DNA of 44,650 nucleotides from an uncultured Bacteroidales bacterium (GTDB lineage Bacteria > Bacteroidota > Bacteroidia > Bacteroidales > UBA10428). The notes below the pieces were generated by a model that saw only the letters and a program-made list of their open reading frames with translations, did no database searches and was not told the DNA's origin. Made by a program: the position numbers and the translations under genes. This document shows, piece after piece, positions 41,701 to 44,650 of the stretch (positions within the stretch are counted from its first letter, which is position 1; each line of letters starts with the position of its first letter). Location of the stretch: positions 1-44,650 of the forward strand of contig CAZOLY010000004.1 of NCBI GenBank assembly GCA_964580815.1, read 5' to 3'.

Positions 41701-43193
41701 TAATTAAAACCACCGACGGGGGGGATACATGGGAAACTTTGGATAGTGAAACTACTGACAACCTGGAATCTGTATATTTTATAAGTTCATTAACGGGATG
41801 GGCTACCGGCGAATGCGGTATTCTTAAAACAACAGACGGAGGAGAATCCTGGGTCAATCAATTTCCTATTGAGTTAGAGTATGTAAGTATAAATTCGGTT
41901 TATTTTATAGATGAAAACAATGGATGGGCTGCAGGATTTAATATTTTAAGGACGACTGACGGAGGAGAAAACTGGACTGAATGTATGGTTAACGGATCCT
42001 ATGGTATGTGGTTTATGCTAAATTCATTGTTCTTTGCTGACGAAAACAACGGGTGGACTGTTGGCTACGATGGGATTTATAAGACCTCAGATGGGGGCTC
42101 AACATGGTTTAGCCAGACAAATATGACTAATATCGAGTATAATGATGTGTTCTTTATTGATGAAATGACCGGATGGATGGTTGGCGGGCAGGGTGTTATA
42201 ATAAAAACAACAGACGGTGGCGCCAGCTGGGATTACCTGTATTCGGAAACATCCAACGGAATCGATGAGGTATATTTTGTGAGCCAGGATATCGGCTGGA
42301 TTACTGCAGGCTGTACAATTATGAAATCAGAAACAGGTGGCGGTGAAATCTGTGCCCTTCCGGTTCCCATACTTGATTCGCCTTATGATTATGCTTATGT
42401 ATATCCGGAGGATGTTATATTAAGCTGGTATCCCGTTCCTTCAGCTTTAACATACAGATTGCAAATATCAAATACGGGAATTTTTACAGACCCCATCTTT
42501 GATGAAGAAGGTTTAACATTAACATCACGTTCAATCAGTGATCTGGATAGCGGCATGGTTTATTTCTGGCGGGTAAATGCATCGAATGGCAGCGATACGA
42601 GTTACTGGTCAGATATCTGGCAGTTCACTGTTTATGAAATCTCAATGAACGCACCGGTTCTTGAACTACCTGCAGACGGATCGACAATAATTGATCCTTT
42701 GCCAGTTAATTTGTCATGGAATGAAACTGAAGATGCAGATTATTATCATTTGCAGGTCGCCGATAATCCTGATTTCAATAGTCCTGTCTTTGATCAGGTG
42801 GTCTATTTCGGCACATCCGAATCAATTTATTACGGCTTAGCCAGTTATTCAATGTATTACTGGAGGGTAAGAGCGTTGAATTATGCCGGAGGTATGAGTC
42901 CCTGGTCTGAGGTATGGAGTTTTACGACATCAGGTTCAGTTTATATTAATGAACTTAATTCTGATATACAATATAAGTTATACCCGAATCCGGCCAATGA
43001 TATTTTATATATTGAAGGATTTGAGTATGAATCAATAGATATCTCAGTCATTTCCCTAGACGGTAAATTATTAATACAAAAGCATGAAAAGGGAATAACG
43101 TATTTAAATATTAGTGATTTACAAAGTGGTATATATATAATTAAAATAGTCAATTCCAAACTAATGATTATAGAGAATATAGTAAAACAATAA
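38751..43193 (+). CDS. T9SS type A cargo: YCF48/BNR beta-propeller repeats plus FN3-like domains
   Basis: About 20 F....GW..G..G.I..T.DGG..W repeats in two blocks, five W......Y.LQ(V/I)...F...Y(Y/F)W.V modules, and a C-terminal LYPNPA...SLDG..L...SGIYIIK CTD. Confidence 0.9.
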   Translation: MKKLSLTFISLSLILANIMTAFPQDWIKQSPIPTPNTPYDIYCAGSNTIIISCDEGIFKTADRGLSWSESTKESSFPIIEFCFVTDQSGWGVGADLTILKTTDGGATWITQKESGSDTVDLNSVCFVDINRGWTVGEDGTILYTDDGGENWTKQTSNTTMDLEDVHFADALNGYCVGNNIALKTSDGGSVWESITNLSGLQYSEDVFCFNADTCIIAAGWGIGNEIHRTVDGGETWTTTDLLGSWVKEIHFSDDMNGWAVGKSGSVTYGGLEGIVWHSSNMTIWKTEDGGINWDKSTFIDEDYLLDVYMVNDNIICASGTGGFIIQTLNGGDLWYQISRGTSKSFHSSQFLNSRLGYAAADDGVVMVTPDAGDTWIRQSSGTTNDLNSIQFINSNTGWVVGDFGRIRKTINNGASWNYQNSGVTYDLFSLYFTDALTGYIAGEDGIILKTINSGSNWTPLSSGVTNYLYDVFFIDSQTGWATGSGGVILNTANGGDTWDQQESNTSRNINSVYFKNSQEGWAVGSSGLILRTVNGGEKWISQYCGLNGNLNSIYFLNGDTGWIAGSNGIIIRTTDGGNSWAGSESLGSNSVNSLYFTDIDTGYVFGYNGLILKTVNGGGTYNPLPMYTVPQLLLPENNSTDISLDPELFWASIDGVDSYRLQVSTTVSFSSPVIDESGIADTSYSVSGLDDDRKYYWRVGVEYGGELTVWSGSYNFRTVVSPPSPPSLYSPSDGAEEVPRMLNLDWSYVSGADTYHLQVAEDSEFSLLFFEDSTITSTDNDVGPLGEETTYYWRVRAKNEGGISPYSDIYSFTTSIYLINPPPAPELHSPYNGVRLQPTTLELHWSYVSSADTYHLQVSENPSFTDPVINDSTIADFEQTVGPLEESTTYYWHVRAKNEGGYSAYSAAFSFTTESENWRVQLNECVYSLYFINENTGWAAGNYIYKTTDGGNTWDEIYNPSETIYDIYFISSLTGWAVGWNGLIIKTTDGGDTWETLDSETTDNLESVYFISSLTGWATGECGILKTTDGGESWVNQFPIELEYVSINSVYFIDENNGWAAGFNILRTTDGGENWTECMVNGSYGMWFMLNSLFFADENNGWTVGYDGIYKTSDGGSTWFSQTNMTNIEYNDVFFIDEMTGWMVGGQGVIIKTTDGGASWDYLYSETSNGIDEVYFVSQDIGWITAGCTIMKSETGGGEICALPVPILDSPYDYAYVYPEDVILSWYPVPSALTYRLQISNTGIFTDPIFDEEGLTLTSRSISDLDSGMVYFWRVNASNGSDTSYWSDIWQFTVYEISMNAPVLELPADGSTIIDPLPVNLSWNETEDADYYHLQVADNPDFNSPVFDQVVYFGTSESIYYGLASYSMYYWRVRALNYAGGMSPWSEVWSFTTSGSVYINELNSDIQYKLYPNPANDILYIEGFEYESIDISVISLDGKLLIQKHEKGITYLNISDLQSGIYIIKIVNSKLMIIENIVKQ

Positions 43194-43348
43194 GCACCCC
43201 CATTAGCAAAGAATATTAGGTAATCCGGACTAGAGTGCTATTTATAAAGTAAGTACGCAAAATAAACATATCAACAGGTTATAAAGATTTTGGATTTATT
43301 AAAAAAATCTTTTAAAAAAAGGACTTTTAAAAGTAAATAGTTTAGATT

Positions 43349-43356
43349 TATATTTG
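43349..43356 (+). promoter_or_regulatory. Bacteroidota -7 promoter element for gltX
   Basis: TATATTTG, followed by C, 25 nt upstream of ATG 43382. Confidence 0.55.
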
Positions 43357-43381
43357 CCAAAATCGCGAAAACAGAATAATT

Positions 43382-44650
43382 ATGACAAAAGTAAGGGTCC
43401 GTTTTGCTCCGAGTCCGACCGGACCGATACACATTGGAGGTATAAGAACAGCCTTGTTTAATTATTTATTTGCAAGAAAACACAAGGGCAGATTTATTCT
43501 GAGGATCGAGGATACTGACCAGTCAAGATATATACCCGGTGCCGAGGAGTATATTATTAATTCATTGGAGTGGTGCGGTATTGACTTTGATGAGGGACCC
43601 GGAGCCGGTGGAAATTATGGTCCCTACCGGCAATCGGAAAGAAAAGGAGTATATGGGAAATATGCAACTGCAATGGTAAATGGCGGGTATGCCTACTATG
43701 CTTTTGACACAACCCGGGAACTGGAAAGAATAAGAAAAGAATATGAAGAAAAAAAGACGTCATTTTCATATGATGCCTCCACAAGGATTAATCTGAATAA
43801 TTCTCTTAATTTATCAGAGGCCGAGACTGAAAAACTGTTAAAAAATAACACCCCCTATGCACTGCGGTTTAAGATGCCTGAAAATATGGAAATAAAAATT
43901 AATGATTTGATAAGGGGAGAGGTTGTATTCAATACATCATCTCTTGATGATAAAGTTATCTTTAAATCTGACGGATTGCCAACCTATCACCTGGCAAATG
44001 TGGTCGACGACTATTTGATGGAAATAACCCATGTTATAAGGGGCGAAGAATGGTTACCCTCATTACCCTTGCATATTATGCTATACAAGGCTCTGGGCTG
44101 GGAACAGGCAATGCCTGAATTTGCCCATCTTCCCCTTATTCTGAAACCGGGGGGAAAAGGTAAACTAAGTAAAAGAGACGGGGACAGGGAAGGATTCCCG
44201 GTATTCCCCATTCAGTGGAAATCTCCTGAAGGTGAAATTTCAAAAGGATTCAGGGAATGGGACTATTTTCCGGAGGCTTTTTTAAATATCCTGGCATTTT
44301 TAGGCTGGAATCCGGGCACAGAAAAGGAATTATTTTCAAAGGAAGAACTGATTGATAACTTCTCTCTTGAAAACGTTGGCAAGGCAGGAGCACGGTTCGA
44401 TCCAGAAAAAGCAAGATGGTATAACCAGCAATACCTGAAGAAGAAACCTGATAATGAACTGGCAGATTCATTTGCGGAGATATTAAAACAGGAAAATATT
44501 AAAGCTGATAGAAATTACATAATTAAGGTTATTGGTCTTGTTAAGGATAGGGCCAGCTTTGTCAATGAACTGTGGGAACAGTCTTATTATTTATTTAAAG
44601 CCCCTGCCTGTTATAATCCAAAAGAAATTCAAAAATTCTGGAAAGATGAT
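43382..44650 (+). CDS. gltX: Glutamate--tRNA ligase (3' truncated by the window edge)
   Basis: Read directly; absent from the ORF track. MTKVRVRFAPSPTGPIHIGG, FILRIEDTD, GPYRQSER, PTYHLANVVDD, HVIRGEEW and KLSKR; the frame is open to the end of the window. Confidence 0.96.
   Translation, partial: MTKVRVRFAPSPTGPIHIGGIRTALFNYLFARKHKGRFILRIEDTDQSRYIPGAEEYIINSLEWCGIDFDEGPGAGGNYGPYRQSERKGVYGKYATAMVNGGYAYYAFDTTRELERIRKEYEEKKTSFSYDASTRINLNNSLNLSEAETEKLLKNNTPYALRFKMPENMEIKINDLIRGEVVFNTSSLDDKVIFKSDGLPTYHLANVVDDYLMEITHVIRGEEWLPSLPLHIMLYKALGWEQAMPEFAHLPLILKPGGKGKLSKRDGDREGFPVFPIQWKSPEGEISKGFREWDYFPEAFLNILAFLGWNPGTEKELFSKEELIDNFSLENVGKAGARFDPEKARWYNQQYLKKKPDNELADSFAEILKQENIKADRNYIIKVIGLVKDRASFVNELWEQSYYLFKAPACYNPKEIQKFWKDD

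Noticed and set aside
43191-43240. TAAGCAC...GAGTGCTA as a CIRCE element
   Set aside because: The arms are more than 30 bp apart rather than 9, the left arm is poor, and it is not upstream of a chaperone gene.

Overview
AT-rich Bacteroidota chromosomal segment, probably Bacteroidales-like. The assignment rests on the T9SS type A/B cargo, a PorP/SprF gene, the fused lpxC-fabZ and TAnnTTTG promoters. Most of it is core genome: folB; sufBCDSE plus sufT; thiL; HD-lpxD-lpxC/fabZ-lpxA; rimP-nusA-infB-queG; pcm; a sigma54-activator-lptE-TPR-secG-groES-groEL block; kdsB; tandem Mn-type and Fe-type SODs; waaA; and a partial gltX. The accessory parts are a 1923-aa type-B T9SS repeat protein with its cognate PorP, a near CTD-only T9SS protein, an OmpL47-like Ig-repeat protein, and about 5.7 kb between waaA and gltX (orphan lipoprotein, gene debris, a 1480-aa BNR/FN3 T9SS protein and a possible attC-like remnant). 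I saw no rRNA, tRNA, CRISPR array, transposase, integrase or reverse transcriptase. I cannot demonstrate a wholly new system here. The best leads are regulatory: (1) a near-identical palindromic Fur-family-like operator upstream of both the suf operon and the Mn-SOD gene; (2) a sigma54-like promoter plus TGACA/TGTCA motifs upstream of groESL, close to a sigma54 activator that has no sensory domain. All calls come from reading motifs by eye; no searches were run.
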